Part shown: positions 1-11,438 of the stretch, piece after piece | How the letters are laid out: each line of letters starts with the position of its first letter | How positions within the stretch are numbered: the first letter of the stretch is position 1 | DNA from: Rhodospirillales bacterium | GTDB lineage: Bacteria; Pseudomonadota; Alphaproteobacteria; Bin95 | DNA length: 64,000 bases | Reading direction: 5' to 3' | Assembly (NCBI GenBank): GCA_038143065.1 | Contig: JAYQLI010000035.1 | Span: forward strand, 320,001-384,000 | The notes under the pieces: generated by a model | Seen by the model: only the letters and a program-made list of their open reading frames with translations | Database searches by the model: none | Told to the model about the DNA's origin: nothing | Program-made: the position numbers and the translations under genes

Positions 1-1324
1 GGGCATGAATTTGTTGCGGCCCAAGATGATGCACCGGAACGGGTGATCATTGTTAGGCCTATATTGCCCGATAAAAGAGCAGGTACGGAGACTGCTGCCT
101 CCTTAAAAGAGGCAATATCCCTAGCTGAGGGAATAGGTCTACAAGTAATATTCGCCCGCGAAACTCAAGTTCCGAAACCTAAGGCTGCTACCCTGGTTGG
201 TGAAGGGTTGATATCTGAAATTAAGCAGGAGGCTATTTCAAAGAAAGCTTCGCTGGTAATTTTTGATGCAGCGCTCTCACCTGCGCAGCAGCGATACTTA
301 GAGCGGGCTCTAGAAAAAAAGGTTCTAGACCGGACCGGTTTGATACTGGAAGTGTTTGGTGCGCGAGCGAGGACCCGAGAGGGTGTGCTTCAGGTTTCCT
401 TAGCTGCGCTGAGTTATCAAAGAACCCGTCTAGTCAGATCATGGACCCATCTAGAAAGGCAGCGAGGTGGGGCTGGGTTTACTGGGGGGCCAGGAGAGAG
501 ACAGATCGAACTTGATCGTCGGCAAATTGATAACCAGATCGATAGAATAAAATCTCAATTGGAGGATGTTCGGAGAACGCGAACCCAACACCGCAATAAC
601 CGACAGCGCTCCAATTCAGCTACAGTAGCATTGGTAGGATATACAAACGTTGGCAAGTCAACTCTTTTAATTTCCTAACAGGGGCCGGAGTATTATCAGC
701 AGATCAGCTATTTGCCACGTTAGATCCAACCATGAGGGGGTTGAGCTCCCATCTGGTTCTAAAATCATCCTCTCCGACACTGTTGGTTTCATTGCGGAAC
801 TGCCAACTCAGTTAGTGGAAGCATTTCGTGCCACGCTAGAAGAAGTACTGGAGGCGGACTTAATTCTCCATGTCCATGATTTGGCTGATCCGGAGCATAT
901 AATCCAGGCAGAAGACGTAAAAATGGTATTGTCAGAATTGGGAGTAGATCGCGGGTCAAAAAGAATAATAGATGTTTATAACAAAGTTGATATTGCTCAC
1001 ACCAACGATCTCGATCTAGTGCAGCCGGCCATTAATTCAGGTCAAGCTATCGCGGTCTCGGCAGTGACGGGTGAGGGAGCAGAGGTCCTTCTCAGTTCTA
1101 TTGATGAGGCTTTGGCAGCAGATGGTTCAGAAGTTGTAGTCCGAATTTCATGCGCTGCTGGAGATGCTTTAGCTTATCTTTACAGAACAGCGTTTAGTAT
1201 AAGTTCAGAAAGCGATGGCGAGGATGTAATTGTTAGAGCCAAATTAGCTAAGTCCGATTTGGCTCGTTTCGTTAAGCAGTGGTCAGAAACAGCTATAATT
1301 GAAGCTGCGGGGTCTCCCAATTGA
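1..1324 (+). CDS. hflX: GTPase HflX (frame open to the left edge; split by indels at ~670-815)
   Basis: ORF 43..678 has DRTGLILEVFGARARTREG, WTHLERQRGG, GPGERQIELDRR and G1 GYTNVGKST. The intervening DNA encodes LFATLDPT and SDTVGFI. ORF 815..1324 has AFRATLEEV and G4 NKVD. Confidence 0.95.
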
Positions 1325-2158
1325 TACCAGACATAGATTTTTTAAAAGTTCGCCAAGCTCTTAAAGAGGTTTCAGACTCTGAAATTAGGCCTAAGTTGGG
1401 TGCATTATCTCACTCTGAAATTTCTGAAAAATCGGCAGGTGATTTTGTTACCAGTGCTGATCTCGCAGTGGAACAATGCTTGGGTGAGAGGCTGCGTGAT
1501 ATTTTACCATCTGCGGAAGTTCTAGGTGAGGAGGCAGTTGCTGACGGGCGTGCTGCTATTGCGTCTCTAGCCGATGATCAGCTCCATTGGGTAATCGATC
1601 CGATCGACGGAACAGGAAATTTTGCGGCTGGTTTCCCATTAACAGCTGTCATTGTATCGCTGATTAGAGCAGATGAAATTCTTGCTGGTTGGATCCACGA
1701 TCCCTTCGGCGATAGAACTTTTGAAACCTTACTCGGGGAGGGGCCTGGTTAGAAGGGCGTCGTCTCTTATGTAATCGCCCAGAAGATTTGCGGTTAATGA
1801 ATGGTTCTGTTTACGGGAAAAAATTTCGTGAGCGGCGCATGTTTCAGGAAATCTGGGGGAAAGGTCGAGGAAAGTTTGGGGCAATTTGGAACGCAAGGTG
1901 TGTAGGGCAAGAACATATATCCCGTGTAAGCGGCCTTGCTCACTTTGGATGTTATTCTCGGTTGCTCCTTGGGATCACGCTGCTGGCTTTTTGATGCATA
2001 AAGAGTCTGGTGGAATTGGTCGCATGCTTAATGGGAGGCGTTATAGGCCATCTGATCCTTCTGTTGGCGGATTACTTGCACCAGACCTTGAGCTTTGGAA
2101 CCAACTATGGACTATTCTAGTTGCTGATGGAGAGCCACCAGAACTTGAAGCTGATTAG
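1321..2158 (+). CDS. Inositol monophosphatase family protein (three ORF pieces, two indels)
   Basis: DFVTSADLAVE, LGEE and WVIDPIDGTGNF in 1321..1752; PWDHAAG in 1886..2158. Confidence 0.85.
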
Positions 2159-2170
2159 GGAGCTAATTTT

Positions 2171-3040
2171 ATGGCAAAGGTAGCATTTATTGGTCTTGGG
2201 GTTATGGGGTTTCCTATGGCTGGTCACCTTGCAGCAGCTGGGCACGAAGTGACGGTTTACAACCGTAATCAGGGTAAAGCCGAAGAATGGACAAAACTTC
2301 ATGGTGGTCAGGCTGCGCCAACACCAGCGGAGGCCGCAGCTCAGCAGGAGTATGTATTTTCGTGTGTTGGTGATGATCCTGATGTTATTGAGGTTACGCT
2401 GGGCAAAAGTGGTGCCTTTCAGTGCATGAGTAGTGATACTGTGTTTGTTGATCACACAACTGCTTCTGCAGACTTAGCCAGACAACTAGCTAGTGAAGCT
2501 TCTAAAAAAGGTTTTCATTTTTTGGACGGACCTGTCTCTGGTGGACAGGCCGGCGCTGAGAATGGGGTGTTGACCGTTATGTGCGGTGGTGAACAAGAGG
2601 CATTCAACAGGGCCAAGCCACTAATGGAGAGTTACGGCCGGGCAGTCACATTAATCGGTCAATCTGGTGCTGGGCAGCTAGCTAAAATGGTCAATCAGAT
2701 TTGTATTGCAGGGTTAGTCCAGGGCCTGTCTGAAGGTGTCAATTTTGGCATGAAAGCAGGACTTGATATGGATGTTGTCTTAGGAGTGATTTCGAAGGGG
2801 GCTGCGCAGTCATGGCAGATGGAAAATCGTGGTTCCACCATGGTCCAGGGCGAATTTGACTTTGGTTTTGCTGTTGACTGGATGAGGAAAGACCTTCGCA
2901 TTGTTCTACAGGAAGGTGAACGCAACGGTGCACGATTGCCAACCACTGCATTGATTGATCAGTTTTACAAGAATGTTCAGCAGGATGGTGGTGGGCGTTG
3001 GGATACCTCCAGTTTGATTCATCTTCTCAGTAAGGACTGA
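2171..3040 (+). CDS. NAD(P)-dependent beta-hydroxyacid dehydrogenase (3-hydroxyisobutyrate/tartronate-semialdehyde reductase family)
   Basis: FIGLGVMGFPMA Rossmann motif, FLDGPVSGGQAGA, GQLAKMVNQ, MRKDL. Confidence 0.9.
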   Translation: MAKVAFIGLGVMGFPMAGHLAAAGHEVTVYNRNQGKAEEWTKLHGGQAAPTPAEAAAQQEYVFSCVGDDPDVIEVTLGKSGAFQCMSSDTVFVDHTTASADLARQLASEASKKGFHFLDGPVSGGQAGAENGVLTVMCGGEQEAFNRAKPLMESYGRAVTLIGQSGAGQLAKMVNQICIAGLVQGLSEGVNFGMKAGLDMDVVLGVISKGAAQSWQMENRGSTMVQGEFDFGFAVDWMRKDLRIVLQEGERNGARLPTTALIDQFYKNVQQDGGGRWDTSSLIHLLSKD

Positions 3041-3842
3041 TCTTTTTGACCAAGTTCCAGGCCTCATCTTGAGTGGAAAGATCTACCGATGCTGGGTCTT
3101 TCCCGTCTTGTTCCAGTTTGATTTCCATTGCTTTAAAGCGTCTTTCAAATTTATGGTTTGAAGCTGCAAGAGCTGCATCGGGATCGATACCGAGTTTTCT
3201 GGCGGTGTTAATCACTGAGAAGATCAAGTCCCCTACTTCTTCAAAAAGCTCGGCTTTTCCTTCATGAACGGCCTTAATTACTTCAATCATCTCTTCTTGT
3301 GTTTTTGCAAAAGCAGAGTGCCAATCTGGAAAATCGAAGCCAATTCGTGCCGCGCGCTTTTGTAATTTAAGTGCACGTGCTTGGGGCGGTAATGTTCGAG
3401 CAATGCCATCTATGGCACTAGGCTTATTATTATTCCTAATTTTTTCCTGGCGTTCTTCGGCTTTAATTCTTTCCCAGTTTCCAGGGTTAGGTCGTGCAAT
3501 AGCGCCAGTTTCATCAGGGAAGACATGTGGGTGCCTTCTATGCATCTTTGCTGTGATTGCTTCTACTATGTCAGAAAAAGCGAATTTTCCATCTTCTTGT
3601 GCGATTTGAGCCTGAAAAACAACTTGAAGCAGGATATCCCCTAATTCATCACGGAGATCCAGATAATCTTCTCTTTCGATTGCATCCGCAGCCTCATAGG
3701 CATCCTCTATGGTATATGGGGCTATGCTCTTATGATTTTGTTGAAGGTCCCAAGGGCAGCCATCTACAGGATCGCGAAGTCGGCGCATAACCTCAAGAAG
3801 TTTCCCGAGACTATCTTGAGCATTTGCAGTGCTTGATCTCAT
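3027..3842 (-). CDS. mazG: Nucleoside triphosphate pyrophosphohydrolase MazG
   Basis: LRDPVDGCPWD, ELGDILLQVVF, RRHPHVF, EEVGDLIFSVIN, KFERRF; close to hflX, as is usual in Alphaproteobacteria. Confidence 0.95.
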   Translation of the reverse strand: MRSSTANAQDSLGKLLEVMRRLRDPVDGCPWDLQQNHKSIAPYTIEDAYEAADAIEREDYLDLRDELGDILLQVVFQAQIAQEDGKFAFSDIVEAITAKMHRRHPHVFPDETGAIARPNPGNWERIKAEERQEKIRNNNKPSAIDGIARTLPPQARALKLQKRAARIGFDFPDWHSAFAKTQEEMIEVIKAVHEGKAELFEEVGDLIFSVINTARKLGIDPDAALAASNHKFERRFKAMEIKLEQDGKDPASVDLSTQDEAWNLVKKISPY

Positions 3843-4000
3843 GTTTAAATTTTCCACTAGTAACAATCAGCTGAAATGAGCCATGGCAAAATTTCAACAC
3901 AATCCATTTATATCAGCATGGGCTAGAAATTATCTGTATGGATTTGGAATTTTCTTGTCCAAGACTAATGCTAATCTTGACGAAAGTAGCGGAGGGACAC

Positions 4001-4425
4001 ATGGGGTCTATAGTAAAACCTTCAATATTCGCAATATTGTTGAGTGTTCTTGGGTTTGCTGGAAATTCCTATGCAACAACAAAGTTGCCCCTCGAATTAA
4101 ATCGCCTTGAACAAGATGGTGATGTTTGTCGCGTATATCTTTTGATCCGGAATCCCGATGCTAGCTCAATTGATATATTGAAACTTGATTTAGTTTTCTT
4201 TGATAAAAGTGAAATAATTCAAAATAGGCTTTACGTAGAGCTTGGCCCTATTCAAGGCGCTAAAACTGGCGTTCGTTTGTTTGATATTCCAAAACTGAAT
4301 GTGAAAGTTTGGGCTCTATTTTGGTGAATGATGTTGTGGAATGTTTAGGGCCTGGTTCGGAGGAACTCGATTGTTTGCAGCGACTACAACTCAGTTCTAG
4401 AGCAGGAGTCGAACTTAAGTATTGA
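4001..4425 (+). CDS. Conserved exported alphaproteobacterial hypothetical protein (indel near 4300)
   Basis: GGAGG RBS before ATG 4001; signal-peptide-like N-terminus; LELNRLEQ..C..LKLDLVFFD..LFDIP. Another frame continues LVNDVVEC...C...SSRA to TGA 4423-4425. Confidence 0.6.
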
Positions 4426-4427
4426 AT

Positions 4428-4895
4428 TCAGAGTTTTGTTGGGTTGGGTGCGTCCCCATAGACGGCTTTGGGATCAAAAACTTTTTCAGTTTCTTCAAAT
4501 ACAAGATCATGCTGTTTTGAGTCGCCAACTGGGCGAGACCTGTAGAAACACGAACGATACCCGACGTGGCAACTGGCTCCGCCACTGACATCTACTCGAA
4601 GCCAAACACAATCTTGATCGTCATCAATTCTGAATTGAACAACTTTTTGACTAACCCACTTGTTGCCCTTTGTGCCATAGCGTCTGTCTGCTCCGGCTCC
4701 AATAGTGGGCCTCGCCTGTCTCAATAGTCCGAACAAGGGCTTCCTCGTTCATGTAACCATGCATCAATAGTTCACCTGATTGATAGTCGGTAGTAACCAC
4801 AGGAATTAGGCCTGATCATCGAATTTAGGGGCAAGTTCAATACCCTCTTCGACCTGTTCAATGGTTTTGCGTTCGAAAAATAATGTACTTGCCAT
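4428..4895 (-). CDS. hisI: Phosphoribosyl-AMP cyclohydrolase HisI (DDDQD variant; indels)
   Basis: C-terminal [27 protein letters not shown]. Upstream frames give [18 protein letters not shown] and [17 protein letters not shown] at 4895. Confidence 0.9.
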
Positions 4896-4999
4896 ATCTA
4901 CAAATGCCTCAAACAAAGTGGCTTATCTTAAAGTAGCGCTATACATACTGTTCTATAAACAGATTTCCAAGAGATCTGATTAGATTGGAGCAAAACAAC

Positions 5000-5434
5000 A
5001 TGGCAGACGATGAAGCCAATAATAATTGTGCGAACTCAGCCCAACAGGAAATCGTCGACGAGTTTGGTTTCTTTGATGATTGGGCGGATCGATACAGATA
5101 CATTATTGACCTTGGGCGGGGACTTGAGCAGTTGGCGGAGGATGATCGGAATAATGAGAATCTCATTCGTGGGTGTCAGTCGCGTGTTTGGCTTTTAGCC
5201 CGGCAGCACACGGGCAAGCTTAGGTTTCAAGCCGCAACAGACGCAGCTATAGTAGCCGGACTCATCGCATTAATTTTAAGGGTGTATGATGGAAGAACAG
5301 GCGAGGAAATCCGATCGATAGAACCTTGGTTTGTTGAAAAGATTGGTCTGAAAGATCATTTAAGTCCGACGCGTTCAAATGGATTGCATGCTATGCTTGC
5401 GAAGATTCATAGCATTGCAGAGGCATCATCATGA
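5000..5434 (+). CDS. sufE: SufE family sulfur-acceptor protein
   Basis: DDWADRYRYIIDLG, IRGCQSRVW (catalytic Cys), LSPTRSNGL. Confidence 0.92.
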   Translation: MADDEANNNCANSAQQEIVDEFGFFDDWADRYRYIIDLGRGLEQLAEDDRNNENLIRGCQSRVWLLARQHTGKLRFQAATDAAIVAGLIALILRVYDGRTGEEIRSIEPWFVEKIGLKDHLSPTRSNGLHAMLAKIHSIAEASS

Positions 5435-5871
5435 CAGCAGATCAAATGCGTGAGCTATATAACGATCGCATCATGAATTTTGCCAATAATATCCCACTAC
5501 AGCGTCGACTAGAATCACCTGATGTAACGGTAGAGCGTAGAAGTCCTCTCTGCGGTTCTAGAATCACAGTTGACCTCAAGCTCGACGGAGATGAAGTCAT
5601 TGACTATGGGCATGTAGTTCGCGCATGCACCCTGGGTCAAGCAGCAGCTTCGATTATGGCTGGTCGTGTGATAGGCTCGGACCGAGCAACCCTGATAAGA
5701 ATTGCAGAGGGAGTTCGTCAGTTACTCGAGAAGGGTGACGAGAAGATTGCGGACGAATGGCCTGAGTTACGCTATCTTGCACCAGCCCTTGATTATAAAT
5801 CGCGCCATGGATCAGTTTTGCTTGCTTTTGAAGCGGTGGAGCAGGCTCTCGGTGAAGTTCAAAGTAGATAG
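5431..5871 (+). CDS. NifU/IscU-like Fe-S scaffold family protein
   Basis: SPLCGSRITVDL, VRACTLGQAAAS, RHGSVLLAFEA; ATGA overlap with sufE. Confidence 0.85.
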   Translation: MTADQMRELYNDRIMNFANNIPLQRRLESPDVTVERRSPLCGSRITVDLKLDGDEVIDYGHVVRACTLGQAAASIMAGRVIGSDRATLIRIAEGVRQLLEKGDEKIADEWPELRYLAPALDYKSRHGSVLLAFEAVEQALGEVQSR

Positions 5872-5881
5872 GAAATGAAGA

Positions 5882-7226
5882 TTGACTGAGACATATGAGT
5901 TAGTTGTACGCGGTGGAACTATTGTTACACCGGGTGGTCTTTCGGTTGCTGATATTGGAGTGAATAGTGGTCGGATCGTATGCTTTGGTGCTGAAGGCTC
6001 GCTAAACGGCGTTGAGGTCTTTGAAGCTCATGGTCTGCACGTCCTACCAGGAGTGATAGACACCCAGGTGCATTTCCGAGAGCCAGGTGGCGAGCATAAA
6101 GAGGACTTGGCCAGTGGTGCAGCCGCAGCGGCTATGGGAGGGGTTGTTGGTGTTTTTGAAATGCCAAATACAAACCCATCAACGGATAACGCTGAAGCCT
6201 TGCAAGACAAGTTAACTCGCGCTTCGGGACGTATGTGGGTTGATCATGCTTTTTATGTTGGTGCAACCGATCGAAATCTTGACGATTTGCATATTTTGGA
6301 AAACGAGAAAGGTTGTTCTGGCGTTAAAATTTTTATGGGTAGTTCCACCGGAGGATTGTTGTTGGAGGACGATGACAATCTGATTAAGGCGTTAAACAAT
6401 GGTAGACGACGTGTTGCCGTCCATGCTGAGGACGAGCCGCGGCTCAGAGAAAGAAAAAAATTGCTGAGAAGGAAGGGCATCCGCGAGCTCACCCTGAATG
6501 GCGCGATGTGGATACGGCATTAACGGCAACAAAACGATTAATTTCTGCAGCTCGTAAAACTGGCCGAAAGGTTCACGTCTTACATGTCACAACTGCGGAA
6601 GAAATGGCTTACTTAGCATCTCACAAAGACATTGCTACTGTTGAGACAACACCAAATCATCTGACACTTTCTGCACCGGATTGTTACGACCGATTAGGAA
6701 CGCGTGCACAAATGAATCCTCCCGTTAGAGAGGCCCGGCACCAGGCTGCTATCTGGCAAGCAATCAATGATGGGGTGGTTGATATTTTGGGTTCTGACCA
6801 TGCACCGCATACTCTTCAGGAAAAGGCTGGAGACTATCCTGCAACTCCCTCTGGCATGCCAGGTGTTCAGACACTCGTTCCAGTGATGCTAACGCATGTT
6901 AATGCAGGAAAGCTAAGCTTAGGCCGCTTTGTTGATCTTGTTTGTTCAGGTCCCCAGCGAGCATTTGGTTTAGTCGGAAAAGGCAGAATTGCGCTAGCTA
7001 TGATGCGGACTTTACCATTGTTGACATGCAAGCAGACTGGGAAATATCGGATGATTGGATCATGAGTAAATGTAGCTGGACTCCATATCATGGATTTAAA
7101 GCTTCAGCCCGACCAATTGCTACCATAATTCGTGGCCAACAGGTGATGCGGGATAATCAACTTCTTGGACAGCCAAAAGGTGAGCCTATTCGGTTTCAAG
7201 ATACTCTTGGGAAATTAGAGGGCTAG
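5882..7226 (+). CDS. pyrC: Dihydroorotase (three ORF pieces, two indels)
   Basis: LPGVIDTQVHFREPG, EMPNTNP, GVKIFMGSSTG, GSDHAPHT, GMPGVQT, SKCSWTPY. Confidence 0.9.
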
Positions 7227-7227
7227 C

Positions 7228-8225
7228 GTGATGATTGTCGACTGCCATGCTCATTTTGCACCTGAAGTCATGTTTGCGAAGCTAGCAAAAGTTAATGCGA
7301 AGTTTCCAAATATTGAACTCCTCTCCCAAGATAAAAAATATCGTCTTGCTTTTGCAGGAAGAGAGCCAACTCGGCCGGTAATGCCCCGCCTTCGTGAAAC
7401 TGAAGAGCGGTTCGCTTGGATGGATCGTGAAAAACTAGAGTTCCAGGTCTGTGGAGGTTGGCTTGACGCTTTCGGATATGAATTGCCGCCGGAAGAGGGA
7501 GAGACTTGGGCAAGGTTCACAAACGAAACGCTACTAGAGGCAGTGCAGGACGAAAAGCGTCTTTTTCCTCTTGCTACAGTACCTCTTCAAGACGGTGATT
7601 TAGCTGCACGGGTGCTTCAAGATGCCATTAAAGACGGTGCTCGGGGGTGATGATTGGTACCCAACCAAGGGGGGTAGGATTGGGAAAGCAGGATGGTTTA
7701 GATGATGATCATCTGAAATCATTTTGGGCGGCTGCATCTGAGTTAGAAGCGGCAGTCTTTATTCACCCTGAGTATGATACTCTTGACCAGCGGGTATCGG
7801 CCTATGACATGGTAAATGCGGTCGCCCGCATAAATGATCTTACGACCGGTGTGGCTCGGATTGTGTACGGTGGCATCCTTTCAAAAAACCCCGGAGCTAA
7901 AGTTATAGTTGCGACTGGTGGAGCAGCTCTTCCTTACGCCCTAGGGCGCATGATGCGTCACCACAGTCTGCATCCTGAAGATATGGCTGACCCTCAAGAA
8001 GAATTTTCTCGGCTTTATTTTGATACTATTGTCTTTGAACCGGACACTCTTGATTACCTCGTTTCCAAAGTGGGGGCTGACAAAGTCATGCTCGGTTCGG
8101 ATTGGCCATTTCCAATTGGAGATTTTGAACCCAGAAAAGTGGTTGAAGCAGCAAATTTATCTGATGCTGACCGAGCTAGTGTACTGGGCGGCAATGCCGC
8201 TCGCATTTTTGGGTTGGGAATTTAG
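7228..8225 (+). CDS. Amidohydrolase-2 family protein (ACMSD-like decarboxylase; indel in the G-run at ~7645)
   Basis: IVDCHAHF, LATVPLQD, VFIHP, LYFDTIVF, VMLGSDWPF, LGGNAARIF. Confidence 0.85.
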
Positions 8226-8228
8226 GCG

Positions 8229-9408
8229 ATGAGTGCAGCAGCTGAACGAATTTTTGTGCGAGGGAAGAAGCTGCTTAAAGAGATGGTTGCGTTTGACACA
8301 GTGAGCCATCGCTCAAACCTGGGTTTGATTGAGTATATTGAAGATTATCTCAATTCTAATCAGATTCCTTCATACAGAGTGGTTAGCGAATGTGGGGAGA
8401 AAGCAAACCTTTTCGCCACAATTGGCCCTGAGAAAGAAGGAGGGCTTATCCTCTCAGGCCACGTGGATGTGGTGCCAGTTGAGGGGCAGGCGTGGACTCA
8501 TGACCCGTTCGATTTAGTTGAGCGAGACGGAAAGTTATTTGGCCGTGGCTCATGCGATATGAAGGGTTTTGTATCTCTAGCTCTTGCTGCAGCCCCTGAA
8601 TTTAAGCAGATGGATCTTTCGAGGCCTGTGTACCTAGCGATATCTTATGATGAGGAGGTAGGTTGCTTAGGCGTACGTGGTCTTATCGATGACCTTGTCA
8701 AAAAGCTTGCGCCCAGGTATGTGCATTGTAGGTGAGCCAACCAGCATGCAACCTGTGGTCGCTCACAAAGGTAAGTGGAGTTATAGAGCTGTTGTTACTG
8801 GCCTGGAGCGACATTCGAGCCTTGCACCACAAGGTGTTAATGCCGTCGAGTATGCTGCAGAAGCTATTACTTTTCTAAGGAAAATGCATAGAGAGAAGAT
8901 TAAAGATGGTGCGAGGGACGAAATGTTTGATCTTCCGCATTCAACCGTCCATGTAGGTGTTGTTAATGGTGGCTCCGCAGTGAATATAGTCCCAAATCAA
9001 TGCACCTTTGACTTTGAGTTTCGTTATATTCCTGCAGATAATCCCCAAGAAATCATGGACCGCTTTACTGGTTTTATAAAAAATGATTTAGAGCCGGAAA
9101 TGAAGGCTATAGACCCAAATTGTGGCTTTCAGTTGATAGAGCGTTCGGTTATCCCTGGACTGAATATTGATGCCGATGAGGATGTAGTTCGCCTGGCTAA
9201 GGCATGTGCTTCTCGCAACGACCACGGAAAGGTCGCTTATGGAACTGAGGCTGGTTTGTTTCAGTCAATGGCAGATATACCAACTGTAGTTTGCGGCCCC
9301 GGAGATATTGCACAAGCCCATAGGCCTGACGAATTCATTTCACTTGAGCAATTGGAAAAAGGTAGCCAATTTTTTGAGCGATTATTGGATCGCTTGGCAG
9401 CGAGCTAA
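8229..9408 (+). CDS. argE: Acetylornithine deacetylase (M20 family; indel at ~8700)
   Basis: LSGHVDVVP, GRGSCDMKGF, SYDEEVGC, IVGEPT, YGTEAGLFQ, GPGDIAQAHRPDEF. Confidence 0.9.
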
Positions 9409-9498
9409 TATAAAATTGTTCTTTCCATCTGAGAACATTTTAGAAGATTTTTCTATCGGATATTTCAACTTTGATTCAGCGTTATGGACATAGCCCAC

Positions 9499-10057
9499 TC
9501 AAGTTTCGTCTTCTGATTTATCGCCCTCGATTCTTCCTCGGATAGTTAAAGGCAGCTGTGACAGCATAAATATGCCGGTGGTGGGCGCTATAAAAAACAC
9601 TTTAAAGGTAACCCACTCATCATCTCCAAGGTTCCGCCAAGCCAATTCATTGGCCAGGACCAGAAAAAATGAAAAATAAACACCAGCGTTTGGAAAGTGT
9701 CATCCAAACAGAATCAGTTAAATGAAATTGTGAACCAAAAAATAGACGCATTACAGGCACTCCGCGGAACCAGCCTAGGAGTAAAACAAACGCCATTAAA
9801 CCGTTGAAAAGACTAGGCTGTATTTTGATGAAGACTGAGTTTTCTGCCCAGAATGCTGCAACTGTTAAAACCAACGAAATAAGTACTGAAAAGATAACAA
9901 AACGCGCTAATCTTTTCTCATTCAACCATGTGAATATTAAAATAACGGCTGCAAATCCAACACTAGCAGCGGCCACAACAAAAATATTGTAGATACTATT
10001 ACCTATAAAAAGGGCAACTAAAGGAAGAATTTCAAAGGCTAGAGATGCAATCCGCAT
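9499..10057 (-). CDS. yciB: Inner-membrane protein YciB / intracellular septation protein A (indel at ~9665)
   Basis: Hydrophobic ORF with FIKIQPSL and WMTLSKRW. A shifted frame continues ANELAWRN..WVTFKVF to TGA at 9499. Confidence 0.85.
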
Positions 10058-10299
10058 TAACCATCCTAAATTTTGCAGTGAATTTACTGTGGTCGTTTTA
10101 TTAAATGAGGAATATTCAAGCCGTGGCGTTTATTTAAACACAAATTAAGGATGCCTGCTTTTTGGTGAGGCTCATGAACGTGAGGAATGACAAAAGCGAC
10201 ATGGAAGTGTATCAAGTTTTTTCGCCAGCCCATATTGAACACATTAATATGCATTTGATTTCTGACGACAGGCGCTCACACTGTTGGCAAATAAAACAG

Positions 10300-10374
10300 T
10301 GGTGACCCCAACGGGAATCGAACCCGTGTTTCCGGCGTGAAAGGCCGGCGTCCTAACCGCTAGACGATGGGGCC
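10300..10374 (-). tRNA. tRNA-Glu (anticodon TTC)
   Basis: Reverse complement is GGCCCCATCGTCTAGCGGTTAGGACGCCGGCC-TTTCAC-GCCGGAAACACGGGTTCGATTCCCGTTGGGGTCACCA: cloverleaf, TTCGA T-loop, encoded CCA. Confidence 0.97.
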
Positions 10375-10488
10375 ATATTAGCGATCCGCCTTATGACTGA
10401 AACTCTGCACAAGCGCAACCCCTAGAGGGGAATATATCACTAATGTTCCACATATCTCGCGCTTCTAAGATTGCAACTCTTCCAAACA

Positions 10489-11258
10489 TTAAATTAGCTT
10501 TGACCTCAAAAGTCGCTCGCCACCATCTACTGCAATTACCTCTCCGGTAACAAAGTTTGCACGGGTTAAGTAGCTTACCGCCTCAGCGATATCTGCAGGT
10601 GCTGCTCCGCGTTTAAGCAAAGTCATTCCCTGGAGTTCTTCAAAGCGTGATTGGGTCATGCTTGGCGGCGGTAACGTCATGCCAAGAGCTACACCATTAA
10701 CTCTCACTCGAGGTGCAAGAGAAACAGCTAGTGTTTGTGTGAGGCCGAACAATGCAAACTTACTGAGACTGTAACTGAAGAATGATGGGTCTGGATTAAA
10801 TGATTTTTGATCAAGAAGATTAATTATGTTCGCTTCTAGATCTTCGGGAAGGTTGTTGACTAAAGCTGCCGCTAGTTGAGCGGGAGCGCGCGCATGAATC
10901 GCCATATTTCTATCGAAATTATCTGAGATAAAATTTGCAGCTCGATCATCTTCAAAAATGGAAGCGTTATTCACTAAACACGTAACAGGTTGTTCAGCTT
11001 TTCTGCTTGCCTCATGCATAACTGCTTCAGGAGTGGTTTTTTGACTTAGATCACCACTTACTGTCCATGCTTGTCCGCCCGCTTCTATTATTAATTTTGC
11101 GGTTTCTAAAGCCTCTGAATTGGATGAGTTGTAGTGAATTACTACAGGCCAACCATCTTCTGCCAAACGCAAAGAAATCTCTCGACCAATACGTTGCGCT
11201 CCCCTGTCACCAGTGCACAACCCTTACTTTGATTTCTCGCTGGGAATGCTTCTGTCAT
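10489..11258 (-). CDS. SDR family oxidoreductase (pteridine-reductase-like; indel near the N-terminus)
   Basis: TG.A.RIG, IHYNSS, LVNNASIF, IINLLDQ, YSLSK, RVNGVALG, VTGEVIAVDGG. ATG 11258 is in a shifted frame. Confidence 0.85.
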
Positions 11259-11438
11259 AAATATCAATTCTTCCAAGTATCAGAGTTAAATTGGCAAAAA
11301 TAGTTTCCAGTTAGGCGAGTTTATTTTTAAATTTGTAAAAACTGGTTTGATCAGATTTTTCAAAATTATTCTTTATCAAAATTAATTCCTAATCGACCCC
11401 TTCCTCTGCCTGAATTTTGATCTGTCCGAGATCCCCAT

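Noticed and set aside
7645-7650. TGA interrupting the amidohydrolase (and similarly at 31661-31663 in the epimerase), as further selenocysteine codons
   Set aside because: The downstream protein continues in a different frame after a G homopolymer and no Cys is expected there. These are indels.
10058-10488. tRNA-Glu (and tRNA-Leu at 47033-47119) as integration sites of a genomic island
   Set aside because: No integrase or transposase, and I found no duplicated tRNA 3' end elsewhere in the window.
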